A stretch of DNA of 32,022 nucleotides. It comes from Chloroflexota bacterium. GTDB taxonomy: Bacteria > Chloroflexota > Limnocylindria > Limnocylindrales > CSP1-4. The notes under the pieces were generated by a model. The model saw only the letters and a program-made list of their open reading frames with translations. It did no database searches and was not told the origin of the DNA. The translations under genes were made by a program, and so were the position numbers. Positions 17,766 to 27,697 of the stretch are shown here, piece by piece (positions within the stretch are counted from its first letter, which is position 1; the number at the start of each line of letters is the position of its first letter). The DNA is taken from positions 1 to 32,022 of the forward strand of contig JANMCU010000087.1 in NCBI GenBank assembly GCA_031361415.1, in the 5' to 3' direction.

Positions 17766-19385
17766 ATGACCCGCGCCCAACGCTGGACCCTGCTTGCGGC
17801 GATCGTCGCGTCCGGCATCGTCTTCCTCGACAGCACCGTGGTGAACCTCGCCCTCAAGCGAATCGGCCAGGAGTTGCCGACGACGACCTCCCTCGGCATC
17901 CTCGAGGCCCAGGCCTACATCGGCAGTGGCTATCTCGCGGTCCTCGCGGCGCTGCTGATCGTGGCCGGGGCACTTGCCGACCGTTACGGACGGCGCAGGA
18001 TCTTCATCATCGGGCTGGCCGCATTCGGCGTCGTCTCGATCCTGTGCGGTCTCGCTCCGACGCTCGAGATCCTGATCGTGGCGCGGCTGCTCCAGGGCGC
18101 CGCCGGCGCTCTCCTGGTGCCGGGCTCGCTGGCGATCATCACGGCTGCTTTCGAGGGAGCCGCCCGGGCGCGGGCGTTCGGCCTGTGGGCGGCGTCGACG
18201 TCGGCGCTGACCCTGCTCGGCCCGATCCTCGGCGGCCTCCTCGTCGACAACGTGTCGTGGCGCGTAGCGTTCCTGATCAACGTGCCACTCGTCGGCGTCG
18301 CCCTGTGGTCGGCGATCCGTCACGTCAACGAATCGCGCGACCCCGACAGCGCGGGCCACTTCGACTGGCTGGGCTCGATCGTCGGGGCGGGGGCGGTCGG
18401 CGGCCTGGCGTTCGGGGCGATCCGCGGCCAGCAGTCGCAATGGACCGACGGGATTGCGTGGTTCGCCCTGGCGGTCGGCGCCGTCGGCCTCGTGCTCTTC
18501 CCGATCATGATGGCCGTCCGGCCGCGTCCGCTCGTCCCGCTGTCCCTGTTCCGGAACCGCGAGTTCGCGACGATCAACCTCGCCACGTTCCTGATCTACG
18601 GCGCGCTCTACGTCTCGTTCACCTACACCGCCCTGCTGTACCAGGGGACCCTCGGGTACAGCGCCACCGGGGCCGCGATCATCGGCCTGCCGAGCGGGAT
18701 CCTGCTGGCCACGCTGTCGGCCAGGGTCGGCGGCCTGACCGCCCGGTTCGGGTCGCGGATCTTCCTTATCATCGGCCCGCTCATCGTCGCTGCCGGTCAG
18801 CTCTGGCTCGCCCGGATCCCTGCCACGTCCACCCCGTGGCTTGCCGAACTCGGCCGGCCCGCCTCGCTGGTGCCGCCAGTGGACGCACTGATCGACGTCC
18901 TGCCGTCGGTGATCTCGTTCGGGGCGGGGATGGCGATGGTCGTGGCGCCGCTGACGAACACCCTCATGGGCTCGGTCCCGGCACGGAACACCGGCCTCGG
19001 GTCGGCGATCAACAACGCCCTGTCGCGGGTCGGCCAGCCGCTGCTCGGGGCCGTGATCTTCGTGGCGATCACGGCATCGTTCTATTCGGCGCTCGCTGCC
19101 CACGTCCCAGGCCTGGACCCCGCCGATCCGGCGGTCCGGAGCGCGATCGTGCCGCTCAATCCGCCGAAGGCAGGAACGCCGCCCGACGAGGTCGCGGCCG
19201 CCAGGGTCGCCTCGGTCGACGCCTTCCACCTGTCGGCGCTTGTCTCGGCCGGGCTGATGATCGCGGGCGCCGCCACGTCCTGGGTCGGACTGCGGCCGGC
19301 AACCGGTCGGGCGCCGGGATCGAGCACGAGCCGGGCGTCGGCGGGCGAGCCCAAGCCCGGGTCGAGCACCGCCGGACCCGGCTGA
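17766..19385 (+). CDS. MFS transporter (DHA2, EmrB/QacA-like)
   Basis: FLDSTVVNLAL, GALADRYGRRR, ARLLQG, WRVAFLINVP, FDWLG; about 14 TM. Confidence 0.92.
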   Translation: MTRAQRWTLLAAIVASGIVFLDSTVVNLALKRIGQELPTTTSLGILEAQAYIGSGYLAVLAALLIVAGALADRYGRRRIFIIGLAAFGVVSILCGLAPTLEILIVARLLQGAAGALLVPGSLAIITAAFEGAARARAFGLWAASTSALTLLGPILGGLLVDNVSWRVAFLINVPLVGVALWSAIRHVNESRDPDSAGHFDWLGSIVGAGAVGGLAFGAIRGQQSQWTDGIAWFALAVGAVGLVLFPIMMAVRPRPLVPLSLFRNREFATINLATFLIYGALYVSFTYTALLYQGTLGYSATGAAIIGLPSGILLATLSARVGGLTARFGSRIFLIIGPLIVAAGQLWLARIPATSTPWLAELGRPASLVPPVDALIDVLPSVISFGAGMAMVVAPLTNTLMGSVPARNTGLGSAINNALSRVGQPLLGAVIFVAITASFYSALAAHVPGLDPADPAVRSAIVPLNPPKAGTPPDEVAAARVASVDAFHLSALVSAGLMIAGAATSWVGLRPATGRAPGSSTSRASAGEPKPGSSTAGPG

Positions 19386-19387
19386 CC

Positions 19388-19493
19388 GCGCGGCAGCTTG
19401 CCGCGCACGCCCGGCCAACTCGGCCGGAGGCTCGTTCCCGCGATCGGCCGTGGCGTCCCAGAAACGACGCACCGGGCGGTCGGCCCGCCCGGT
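19388..19493. terminator. Cluster of GC-rich hairpins between convergent genes
   Basis: GCGCGGCA/TGCCGCGC (19388-19406), CCGGCC/GGCCGG (19411-19427), ACCGGGCGG/CCGCCCGGT (19471-19493); no strong U tract. Confidence 0.45.
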
Positions 19494-19520
19494 TCTCGAA
19501 GGCGTTGACCGTGACGGGGG

Positions 19521-20048
19521 TCAGGCGGGCGGTGCCTCGTCGGTGTTGTCGATCGGCGGAGCCGGGGCCGGGGCGACCGGTGGCGGAGGAACCTGTGCGG
19601 TCGGTGTTGTCGTCGGCGTGGTCGGCGTGGTCGTCGCGCCGAAGTTCGGCATGGCGGGCTTCACAAGCTGGTACTCCTGCCACGCTCCCCAAGCCATCAA
19701 CGCGGCACCGGCGACCTCGAGAATAATGGCAAGGACCGCGGTGGCTCCGAAGAAGCTGAGCACGCCGAGCACCCGGAGCAGATCCAGAAGGACGAGCAGC
19801 GCGACAACGCCGCTGATCGCGAGAATCAGCAAGGAGGTCGGTGCTGGCCAGGTGATGTTCTGGTTTGGCGCGTACTTCAGGTACAGGATCGCGAGAACGG
19901 CGATCGCGCCGAGGAGGGCAACCGTCCCTGCGCCGACGCCATAACTGGCGAGGCTGACGATCCAGCCGAGGATGATGACCGCCGCGCCGATCGCCGACAG
20001 GCGTTCCCGTGGATTGAATTTGTTCCAGATCTCCTGGAGTTGTGGCAC
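19521..20048 (-). CDS. Hypothetical 4-TM membrane protein with Pro/Thr-rich tail
   Basis: GGAGG RBS, four hydrophobic helices, TTPTTPTTTPT...PPPVAPAPAPP tail. Confidence 0.8.
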   Translation of the reverse strand: MPQLQEIWNKFNPRERLSAIGAAVIILGWIVSLASYGVGAGTVALLGAIAVLAILYLKYAPNQNITWPAPTSLLILAISGVVALLVLLDLLRVLGVLSFFGATAVLAIILEVAGAALMAWGAWQEYQLVKPAMPNFGATTTPTTPTTTPTAQVPPPPVAPAPAPPIDNTDEAPPA

Positions 20049-20162
20049 TGATCGCCCTCCGTTCTACCGCCGCGGTACCGGCGGATTGCGTCCCCACGTT
20101 AGGGTAGCGATGCAAGCCTGTGGAATCCAGACCTGACGATCGTTCCCTTCCATACTGGCACG

Positions 20163-20915
20163 ATGCAGAGACCGCGCGACTGGGACGCCGCAACGTATGA
20201 CCGGGTCGCCGACCCGCAGACCCGCTGGGGTCGAGCGGTCCTCGATCGGCTGCCGCGGGCCGGTGGCGAGACGGTCCTCGACGCCGGCTGCGGCTCGGGC
20301 CGGGTCACGGAGCTCCTCGTGGCGCGGCTGCCGCGCGGTCGGGTCGTCGCGCTCGACGCTTCACCGTCGATGGTCGACGAGGCGCGCCGGCGGCTCGCCC
20401 CATTCGGCGACCGGATCGATTTCATCGTCGCCGACCTCGGTCGGCCGTTCACGCTGCCTGGCGGACTCCTGGTCGACGCGATCCTGTCCACCGCGACCTT
20501 TCACTGGGTCGCCGACCACGACGCGCTCTTCCGCAATCTGGCCGCGGTCATCCGCCCGGGCGGTCGGCTGGTCGCCCAGTGCGGCGGCGCCGGCAACATC
20601 GCATCGATCATGGCGGTCCTCGCCACGATCGGCGACGGCTGGCTCGGCGACGTCAACTTCGCGACGCCGGAGCAGACGACGAACCGGCTGACGGCGGCAG
20701 GGTTCGTCGAGGTCGAGACCTGGCTCCAGCCCGAGCCGACGCGGTTCGAGGCGGGCGAGCCGTTCGAGACCTTCCTCCGGACGGTCGTCCTCGGCAACCA
20801 TCTGGCTCGTCAGCCCGCCGGCGAGCGCGACGCGTTCGTCAGCGAGGTGGTCAGCGGCCTCGCGGAGCCGGTGATCGACTACGTCCGACTGAACATGGTG
20901 GCGATCCGGGGCTGA
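20163..20915 (+). CDS. SAM-dependent methyltransferase (trans-aconitate methyltransferase-like)
   Basis: WDAATY, VLDAGCGSG, DASPSM, STATFHWV, DYVRLN. Confidence 0.88.
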   Translation: MQRPRDWDAATYDRVADPQTRWGRAVLDRLPRAGGETVLDAGCGSGRVTELLVARLPRGRVVALDASPSMVDEARRRLAPFGDRIDFIVADLGRPFTLPGGLLVDAILSTATFHWVADHDALFRNLAAVIRPGGRLVAQCGGAGNIASIMAVLATIGDGWLGDVNFATPEQTTNRLTAAGFVEVETWLQPEPTRFEAGEPFETFLRTVVLGNHLARQPAGERDAFVSEVVSGLAEPVIDYVRLNMVAIRG

Positions 20916-20948
20916 GCGCCGCCGATCCACGCGCTCGGCCCGCGATCC

Positions 20949-21068
20949 TCCGAAATCAACAGGTCTCCAGGAACAACCGAATTCTCGGCGGCCGGTCCGA
21001 ATTCGTCTTACGAGATCGCACGACACGCGGCGAGACGGAGACGCGTTTCGACGGCTGACGATTTCGGA
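20949..21068. repeat. 120-bp element bounded by 14-bp imperfect inverted repeats (MITE/REP-like)
   Basis: TCCGAAATCAACAG (20949-20962) vs CTGACGATTTCGGA (21055-21068), 12/14 complementary, between convergent genes. Confidence 0.5.
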
Positions 21069-21110
21069 TGAGCCCGACGCCGCGCGTCAACCCCACGCTG
21101 CGAAAACGCG

Positions 21111-21665
21111 TCATCCCTTGACCCGGAACGCCGCGCCGTGACCAGGGATCACGATGTCGACCGCGGCCAGGACCCGAGCCCGCTGCGTCTCGAGCACGGC
21201 CTGATCGGGCGCGAATGGATCGATCGCGGGCGTCCGATCCTGGTGCCACCACAGGTGAGTGAGAGCGTACACCCCGTCGTCAGCCCGCACGATCAGTGAC
21301 GCGTCCTCGTTCGAGTGGCCCGGCGTCAGCCAGAGCTGGGCGTGCTCGGTCATCTGCCAGCCGTCGCCGTCGTGATCGAGCCACAGGTCGTTTCGATAGC
21401 GCGCCCAGAAGTCGACGACCTCGGCGTTCGGGAAGAGCGCCACGTTCATCGTGTGATCGGGGTGGTGGTGGCTCAGGAACACGTGGGTCACGTCGCCTGG
21501 CGCAACGCCGCGCTCCGCGAGCGGCTCGAGGATCCGGGCGTGCGAGGCGACGAGCCCCGGGTCCGCAATGATGATCGCGTCGCCGTCGCGGATGAGGCTG
21601 ATGCTGCTGCCGACCCGGCTTGCGGCGCGAACGTAGCCCGGGTGAATGAGCTCGACGGTCGTCAT
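21111..21665 (-). CDS. MBL-fold metallo-hydrolase
   Basis: DPG, SHHHPDH, TPGH, IPGHG; ATG 21665 lies 6 nt after TATTCT. Confidence 0.9.
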   Translation of the reverse strand: MTTVELIHPGYVRAASRVGSSISLIRDGDAIIIADPGLVASHARILEPLAERGVAPGDVTHVFLSHHHPDHTMNVALFPNAEVVDFWARYRNDLWLDHDGDGWQMTEHAQLWLTPGHSNEDASLIVRADDGVYALTHLWWHQDRTPAIDPFAPDQAVLETQRARVLAAVDIVIPGHGAAFRVKG

Positions 21666-21767
21666 CGATCGAGAATACGTGGCAGGGTCGACCGGTGTCG
21701 CACGCGGGCTCGTCCCGCGGTCCGGACCACACGACCGGCCGGCCCGACGCCCTGTCATCCTCGATCG

Positions 21768-23435
21768 ATGCTGCACTCCGAGGGTCCCGCCGACCTCCTC
21801 CTCACCGGCGGCCACGTCCACACCGTCGATCCCGGCCGGCCGCGGGCCGAGGCCGTCGCGATCCGCGCCGAGCGGATCGTCGCCATCGGCTCGGCCGCCG
21901 AGGTCGCCGACCTCGTCGGTTCACGCACACGCGTGATCGATCTCGCCGGTCGGTTGCTGATCCCGGGCTTCCAGGACGCGCATGTCCATCCGATCTCGGC
22001 GGGCGTGGACCAGCTCGATTGCGACGTCCGCGACGCGATCGGCCGCGACGGCGTGCTCGCGACGATCCGCGCCTTCGCCGAGGCGAACCCGGAGCTCGAC
22101 TGGATCGTCGGCAGCGGCTGGTCCATGGCCGACTTCGAGAACGGCACGCCGCGCCGCGAAGACCTCGACATGATCGTGCCCGACCGGCCGGCCCTCCTGC
22201 CGAACCGGGACGGCCACTCGACCTGGGTCAACAGCCGGGCGCTCGAGCTGGCCGGGATCGACCGCGACACGCCCGACCCGGACGACGGACGGATCGAGCG
22301 GGACGCAGACGGCAGCCCGGCCGGCGCGCTCCACGAGGGCGCGGGTCGCCTCGTCGAGCGGCTCCTGCCCGCGCCGACCGACGACAAGCTGCTGGCCGGC
22401 CTCCGTCGAGCGCAGGCCTACCTTCATTCGCTCGGGATCACCGCATGGCAGGACGCGATCGTCACGCCGCGCGACGGGGCGGTGTATCGCCGCGCGTCCG
22501 AGCAGGGCTGGCTGACCGCCCGTGTCGAGGCCGCGATGTGGTGGGACCGCGATCGCGGCGACGACCAGATCGACGAGCTCATCGAGCGATCGCGGACCGG
22601 CACCTTCGGGCGGTACCGCTCGAACAGCGTGAAGCTCATGCAGGATGGCGTGCTCGAGACGTACACGGGCGCGATGATCGAGCCCTACCTCGCCGCCGAT
22701 GGCTCACCGACGACGAACCGCGGCATTCGGTTCATCGACCCCGAACGGCTTCCGGGCTGGGTCACCCGCCTCGACGGCGCGGGGCTCCAACCGCATTTCC
22801 ATGCGATCGGCGACCAGGCCGTCCGCGACTGTCTCGATGCGGTCGCCGCCGCCCGGGCCGCGAACGGCCCATCGGACACCCGGCCGCACATCGCCCACAT
22901 CCAGGTGATCCACCCCGACGACGTTCCCCGGTTCGCCGCCCTCGACGTGGCCGGCAACGCGCAGCCCCTGTGGGCAACCCACGAGCCCCAGATGGACGTG
23001 CTGACGATCCCCTTCCTGGGACCGGAGCGGGCGACCTGGCAATATCCGTTCGGGTCGCTGCTCCGGGGCGGCGCGCGCCTCGCCATGGGCTCGGATTGGG
23101 GCGTCTCGACACCGAACCCGCTCGACGAGATCGAGGTCGCGGTGACCCGGCGGATCCCGAAGGCTCACGAGGCTCGGGTCTCGTTCGGGGAGCGGGCGCC
23201 GCTCCTGCCCGAGGAGGCGCTGTCGCTCGAGGTAGCGATTGCCGCATTCACGGCCGGTTCGGCGTACGTCAACCACCTCGACGACACGGGCTCGATCGCC
23301 GTCGGCAAGCTCGCCGATCTCGCGATCCTCGACCGCGACCCGTTCGTCCCCGACGCCGAGCCGATCAGCCTGGCCCGCGTGATCGGGACCTTCGTCGGTG
23401 GGGCGGCCGTGTTCGAGGATCCGTCGCTGGGCTAG
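21768..23435 (+). CDS. Amidohydrolase family 3 (YtcJ-like)
   Basis: PGFQDAHVH, DGHSTWVNS, HAIGDQA, HIAHIQ, GSDW, GKLAD. Confidence 0.92.
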   Translation: MLHSEGPADLLLTGGHVHTVDPGRPRAEAVAIRAERIVAIGSAAEVADLVGSRTRVIDLAGRLLIPGFQDAHVHPISAGVDQLDCDVRDAIGRDGVLATIRAFAEANPELDWIVGSGWSMADFENGTPRREDLDMIVPDRPALLPNRDGHSTWVNSRALELAGIDRDTPDPDDGRIERDADGSPAGALHEGAGRLVERLLPAPTDDKLLAGLRRAQAYLHSLGITAWQDAIVTPRDGAVYRRASEQGWLTARVEAAMWWDRDRGDDQIDELIERSRTGTFGRYRSNSVKLMQDGVLETYTGAMIEPYLAADGSPTTNRGIRFIDPERLPGWVTRLDGAGLQPHFHAIGDQAVRDCLDAVAAARAANGPSDTRPHIAHIQVIHPDDVPRFAALDVAGNAQPLWATHEPQMDVLTIPFLGPERATWQYPFGSLLRGGARLAMGSDWGVSTPNPLDEIEVAVTRRIPKAHEARVSFGERAPLLPEEALSLEVAIAAFTAGSAYVNHLDDTGSIAVGKLADLAILDRDPFVPDAEPISLARVIGTFVGGAAVFEDPSLG

Positions 23436-23500
23436 GGAGGGCTGCGCCTGCCCGAGTCCCGGGGCTGACCTTCACAGCCCCCTCCGCTCCCTCCTCCACG

Positions 23501-23538
23501 CGAACGCGTCCGTCCTTCGGCGGGCGCGTTCGTCGTTT
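23501..23538 (+). terminator. Probable intrinsic terminator between the amidohydrolase and mobA
   Basis: 12-bp stem CGAACGCGTCCG/CGGGCGCGTTCG with a CTTCGG-containing loop, followed by TCGTTT. Confidence 0.6.
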
Positions 23539-23548
23539 CCGGTCGAGT

Positions 23549-24160
23549 TCAACGCGCGGGCAGGTCTCCGGGCGTGTCGACGTCGCGGAGAGTGTCGCCG
23601 TCCGGGTCGAGCGGCCGCCATTCGCCCTCCTCGAGGCTGCGCGTCGGCAGCCGTTCGAACAGGCCCCTCAGTCGACGTTCGCCGTCGCTGACGAGTCGGC
23701 CCACCCAATCGGTCGCGGCGCCGGTCCGGACGGCGGCCGGCAACGGCACGAGGGCGCCGCGCGACCGAAGGACGACCGCGCCCATCGCCGGCTCCGCGAT
23801 CAGCCGCCGGACGAGCAGACCGAGCACTTCCGGACGAAGGTCCGGCATGTCGCCGCCGACCACGATCGCGAGCGGCTGGTTGATCGCCTCGAGGCCCGTC
23901 AGCAGGCCGACCAGCGGGCCTCCGTGGGCGGTCGCGTCCGCGACGACCCGGATGGGGCGACCGACCGTGGCGGGCGTCCGATCGTCGCCGGGCGCGACGA
24001 CCACCACGACCTCGACCGCGATCGCTGCCACCGCCGCGACGGATCGATCGAGGAGCGTTCCGGAACCGACGCGGGCCGCGAGCTTGTCGGACCCGAACCG
24101 GCGCGACCGCCCACCGGCCAGAACGATGGCGCTGACCTGGATCTCGTCGGGGTCGATCAC
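23549..24160 (-). CDS. mobA: Molybdenum cofactor guanylyltransferase
   Basis: LAGGRSRRFGSDK, GPLVG, GGDMP, DVDTPGDL; GTG overlaps the selB stop. Confidence 0.88.
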   Translation of the reverse strand: MIDPDEIQVSAIVLAGGRSRRFGSDKLAARVGSGTLLDRSVAAVAAIAVEVVVVVAPGDDRTPATVGRPIRVVADATAHGGPLVGLLTGLEAINQPLAIVVGGDMPDLRPEVLGLLVRRLIAEPAMGAVVLRSRGALVPLPAAVRTGAATDWVGRLVSDGERRLRGLFERLPTRSLEEGEWRPLDPDGDTLRDVDTPGDLPAR

Positions 24161-26106
24161 GACGTCGAGCGCGAGGCGCCGACTCGGGCGGCTGCGCCGG
24201 GTGCCTCCGCCTGGACGGCAGCTGCCGCGGCGCGGGGCGCGCGAGGACCGGGAACGTGCCCGGCTGGAGTTCGCCGGAGGATCGCCCGCCGGTCGAGGTC
24301 CTCGAGGATCGCCATGACGTACTTTCGGCTCGTGCCCGTTGCATCCCGGAATGCGGCCGGGGTCAGAGGCCCGCTCGTGGCGAGAGCGAGGGCGCGGTCG
24401 GCGAGATCGCGATAGGCGGGAAGCGCCCACGCGAGATCGTCATGGAGCCGGACGATCCGACCGGCCTGCTCGAGCAGGCGAATCCCCTCCGGCGGGCAAC
24501 CGGCACTCCGTGCGGCCGCGGACAGCGGCGGCGGGCTGACCGACGAGATCGCCGTCACGAGACGATCCATCGCGCTGGCCATCAACGAGGACGGCTCGGC
24601 GATGACGAAGCCGGGCGGTGTCAATCGGTCCGCGGCCCGGCCCAGCCGGCCGGTCGCGACGAGCTCGTCGAGCCGATCGCCGACGATCCTGCTGGCAGTG
24701 GCCCGGCCCTCGACGGCGGTCGCTCCGAGGACGCCGACCCGCCGGCGCAGCTCCGTCGTCCCGACCCGGACCGCCTCGGCAACCCGGAGCCCGGGTCGTT
24801 CCTCGACTGCGCCAAGGACCGCGTTGTCGAGCGCGGCGGCGACGTCCGGGGCGATCGACAGCACCGGATCGGCGAGGGCGCCGTGGAGCTCGAGACGCGC
24901 GGTCTTCCAGGCGTCCGAACCGGGCCCCGCTGCGGCCAGCGCCAGCAGGCGTTCCCCGGTCGCGCGGCGCCGGACGATCCCGCGGGCGGGCTCCGGATCG
25001 AGGATGCGGCCACCGGCCAGGGTCTCCGGGGGCGACGGGCGGCGAAGGACGAAGCGATCGCCCGGTGCGACCGCGATCGGCCGGTCGAGGCGGAGGATCG
25101 CCGATCGCTCGCCGTGGTCGAGGTCGACATCATCGCGGCCGCTCCGACCGACGACGGCGTCGACGCGGGCGGTCCCGAGATGGACGGCGACCCGCGCCCG
25201 CTCGCCCGGCACGCCCCCCGGACGCGCCGCGAATCCGGGCCGGCCGGCCAATGGAGCGACCGGACGAAGCGCGACGAGCACCCGGTCCGACGCGACCACC
25301 GCTCGATCGTTCGTGAGCACGACGCCGCGCTCGAGTCGATCGAGCCCGTCGCCGGCGACGTTCAGGGAGACGCGTCCCGGACCGGCGCCGTCGACCGTCC
25401 GGCCATGGACCTGGACCTCGCGGGCTCGCGCCGTCCGATCGTCAGGTCCGGGCACGACACGGAGGATCGCACCACGCTCGATCGGCCCGCCACGGAGCGT
25501 TCCCGTAACGACCGTTCCGCGACCCCGGATCGAGAAGACTCGATCGACGGCGAGCCGGCTCGGAGCGTCGCCCGCGGCCGGCGCCATGTCGCCAACGACC
25601 CGGTCGCGGAGCTCGAGGATCGCGGCCCGGAGCGCGTCGAGACCGTCGCCCGTGACGGCCGAGCACGACATCACCGGAACACTCTTGAGCGCGGTCGGCG
25701 CGATGAGGGCGCGGGCCTCGGCGACGACGTCGGCGACCCGCTCCGGCATGACGACATCCGACTTGGTCACGACGACGAGCCCGGCGACGATCCCGATCGC
25801 GTCGAGCAGCTCGAGGTGCTCGCGGGTCTGGGCCCGCGGCCCGTCGTCGGCCGCGATGACCAGCAGGGCGGCATCGATCTCGCCGGCGCCGACGAGCATG
25901 TTCCCGACGAGCCGGTCATGGCCGGGCACGTCGACGAAGTCGATCTCGGTTCCGTCGTCGAGCGCGACGTGGGCATAGCCGACATCGATGGTCATCCCGC
26001 GCGCCCGCTCCTCGGGCAGCCGATCCGGATCGATCCCGGTCAGCGCGCGCAGGAGCGCCGTCTTTCCGTGATCGATATGGCCGGCCGTGCCGATGACGAC
26101 GGTCAT
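24157..26106 (-). CDS. selB: Selenocysteine-specific elongation factor
   Basis: GTAGHIDHGKT, DRLPEE..RGMTIDVGY, DVPGH, TKSD, VDRVF, C-terminal winged helix FRDATGTSRKY. Confidence 0.95.
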   Translation of the reverse strand: MTVVIGTAGHIDHGKTALLRALTGIDPDRLPEERARGMTIDVGYAHVALDDGTEIDFVDVPGHDRLVGNMLVGAGEIDAALLVIAADDGPRAQTREHLELLDAIGIVAGLVVVTKSDVVMPERVADVVAEARALIAPTALKSVPVMSCSAVTGDGLDALRAAILELRDRVVGDMAPAAGDAPSRLAVDRVFSIRGRGTVVTGTLRGGPIERGAILRVVPGPDDRTARAREVQVHGRTVDGAGPGRVSLNVAGDGLDRLERGVVLTNDRAVVASDRVLVALRPVAPLAGRPGFAARPGGVPGERARVAVHLGTARVDAVVGRSGRDDVDLDHGERSAILRLDRPIAVAPGDRFVLRRPSPPETLAGGRILDPEPARGIVRRRATGERLLALAAAGPGSDAWKTARLELHGALADPVLSIAPDVAAALDNAVLGAVEERPGLRVAEAVRVGTTELRRRVGVLGATAVEGRATASRIVGDRLDELVATGRLGRAADRLTPPGFVIAEPSSLMASAMDRLVTAISSVSPPPLSAAARSAGCPPEGIRLLEQAGRIVRLHDDLAWALPAYRDLADRALALATSGPLTPAAFRDATGTSRKYVMAILEDLDRRAILRRTPAGHVPGPRAPRAAAAAVQAEAPGAAARVGASRSTS

Positions 26107-27485
26107 GAACGGGCGACGAGATCGGCGATCCGTCGCGCGACGACGCCGTCGTCGAACGGCTGGACCGTCCGCAGGTCGAATGCGACCGCGTCGTCGACGA
26201 TGCGTGCCAGGATCCGGTCCGGCCCGCCGCGGAGCGTTGCCAGGGCCCGGGTTGGCGATGGGACGCGGACGGCCACGCCGACCGACGGCAGGAGCTGCCC
26301 CGGCAGCGACCCGCCGCCCACGGCCGACTCGAGCGGGACGACGGTCACGTCGGATCGTCCGGTGATCGCGGCGATCCGCTCGGCGCGGGTGCGGAGCGCT
26401 TCGAGGTCGAGGGCAATCAGCTGCCAGACGGGGATGTCGATCGTCGCCCGACCGGCCCGGTAGATCGCGAGCGTCGCCGCCACGCCCGCGAGGATCGCCT
26501 TGTCCGGCCGCATCGCACGAGCCAGCGGATCGCGTCGAAGCCGGGCGATGAGATCGGCGCGGCCGACGATCAGACCGGCCTGGGGGCCGCCCACGAGCTT
26601 GTCGCCGCTGAAGGCGACGATGTCGGCGCCCGCGGCCAGGCGCTCGGTCGGGGTCGGCTCGTGGGCGAGCCCGAAGGCCCCGGTGTCGAGCAACGCCCCT
26701 GAACCGAGGTCGTCGATGACGATCGCCCCGGGCTGATGGGCGATCGTCGCGACCTCGGCCAGATCGGCCGATTCCGTGAACCCCGTGACCGCGAAATTCG
26801 AGGGGTGGACGCGCAGCACGGCCTTCGCGCGGCCGTCGGCGAGCGGCCCGGCGAAGTCGGCCGCCCGGGTCCGGTTCGTGGTCCCGACCTCGATCAGGCG
26901 AACGCCCGCCCGCGCCAGGATGTCGGGGATCCGGACGCCACCGCCGATCTCGACGAGCTCGCCGCGCGACACGACGACCGAGCCACGCCGACCGACGATC
27001 CCGACTGCGAGGGCGATCGCCGCGGCGTTGTTCGTGACGATGATCGCGTCCTCGGCCCCCGTGAGCGCGACGAGGTGGTCCTCAGCCACCCGGTAGCGCG
27101 ACCCGCGGCGGCCCGTCGCCGCGTCGAGCTCGAGGTAGCCGTACGAGCTGGCGGCGGCTACGGCAGCGACCCGCGCGGCCCGCGGCCACGGTGCGCGCCC
27201 GAGGTTGGTATGAAGGATCACGCCGGTCGCGTTGATCACGTGGGGCGGGATCGTGAACATCGGGTCATCGAGCTGCTCGAGGCGGTCGACGACCGCGCGG
27301 GCCAGATCGCGATCGGCGGTCGGCTCGGCGCCCGTGGCGAGGCGCCGCCGCTCCTCTTCGAGGACGGCCCGGACCAGGACGACGAGGGCATCGCGCTCGG
27401 AGACCTCGACCCGGTCCGTGGCGAGGATCGAGAGCACCCGATCGACGCTGGGCGGTCTGGCGCGAGCCCGGGCCAACGTCGTCAT
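26103..27485 (-). CDS. selA: L-seryl-tRNA(Sec) selenium transferase
   Basis: INATGVILHTNLGRA, SRGELVEIGG, EVGTTNRT, HPSNF, FSGDKLVGGPQAG (PLP Lys); GGAGG RBS before ATG 27485. Confidence 0.96.
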   Translation of the reverse strand: MTTLARARARPPSVDRVLSILATDRVEVSERDALVVLVRAVLEEERRRLATGAEPTADRDLARAVVDRLEQLDDPMFTIPPHVINATGVILHTNLGRAPWPRAARVAAVAAASSYGYLELDAATGRRGSRYRVAEDHLVALTGAEDAIIVTNNAAAIALAVGIVGRRGSVVVSRGELVEIGGGVRIPDILARAGVRLIEVGTTNRTRAADFAGPLADGRAKAVLRVHPSNFAVTGFTESADLAEVATIAHQPGAIVIDDLGSGALLDTGAFGLAHEPTPTERLAAGADIVAFSGDKLVGGPQAGLIVGRADLIARLRRDPLARAMRPDKAILAGVAATLAIYRAGRATIDIPVWQLIALDLEALRTRAERIAAITGRSDVTVVPLESAVGGGSLPGQLLPSVGVAVRVPSPTRALATLRGGPDRILARIVDDAVAFDLRTVQPFDDGVVARRIADLVARS

Positions 27486-27502
27486 CGATCCTCCGCGGTT
27501 GA

Positions 27503-27599
27503 TGGCGGGAGCGCATGGGAGTCGAACCCACCACGCCGCGCCGAACGCAGCGTCACCGGTGTTGAAGACCGGGGGACCCACCGGGACCCATCCACTCCC
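27503..27599 (-). tRNA. selC: tRNA-Sec (anticodon UCA)
   Basis: GGGAGTGG AT GGGTCC CGGT GGGTCC C CCGGT CTTCAAC ACCGG, long variable arm, GTGGG TTCGACT CCCAT GCGCTCCC G CCA: 8-nt acceptor, 6-bp D stem, G73, encoded CCA. Confidence 0.95.
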
Positions 27600-27697
27600 C
27601 CTGAAACGATGGTAGACCCAACGGCTGCCGCGCCTGGGCACGCCATCGCCGCGTTGGCCGCGCCGGCGCCTCCGTCCGTCCCGCCTATGATCGCCCG
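27600..27697. promoter_or_regulatory. Divergent promoter region for selC-selA-selB-mobA and selD-GT2
   Basis: TACCAT -10 on the minus strand (27609-27614) just before the tRNA; TATGAT (27686-27691) 6 nt before the selD GTG. Confidence 0.6.

Noticed and set aside
23436-23500. Stem-rich segment next to mobA as a Moco riboswitch
   Set aside because: It lies downstream of both flanking genes, not in a leader, and shows no recognisable consensus.
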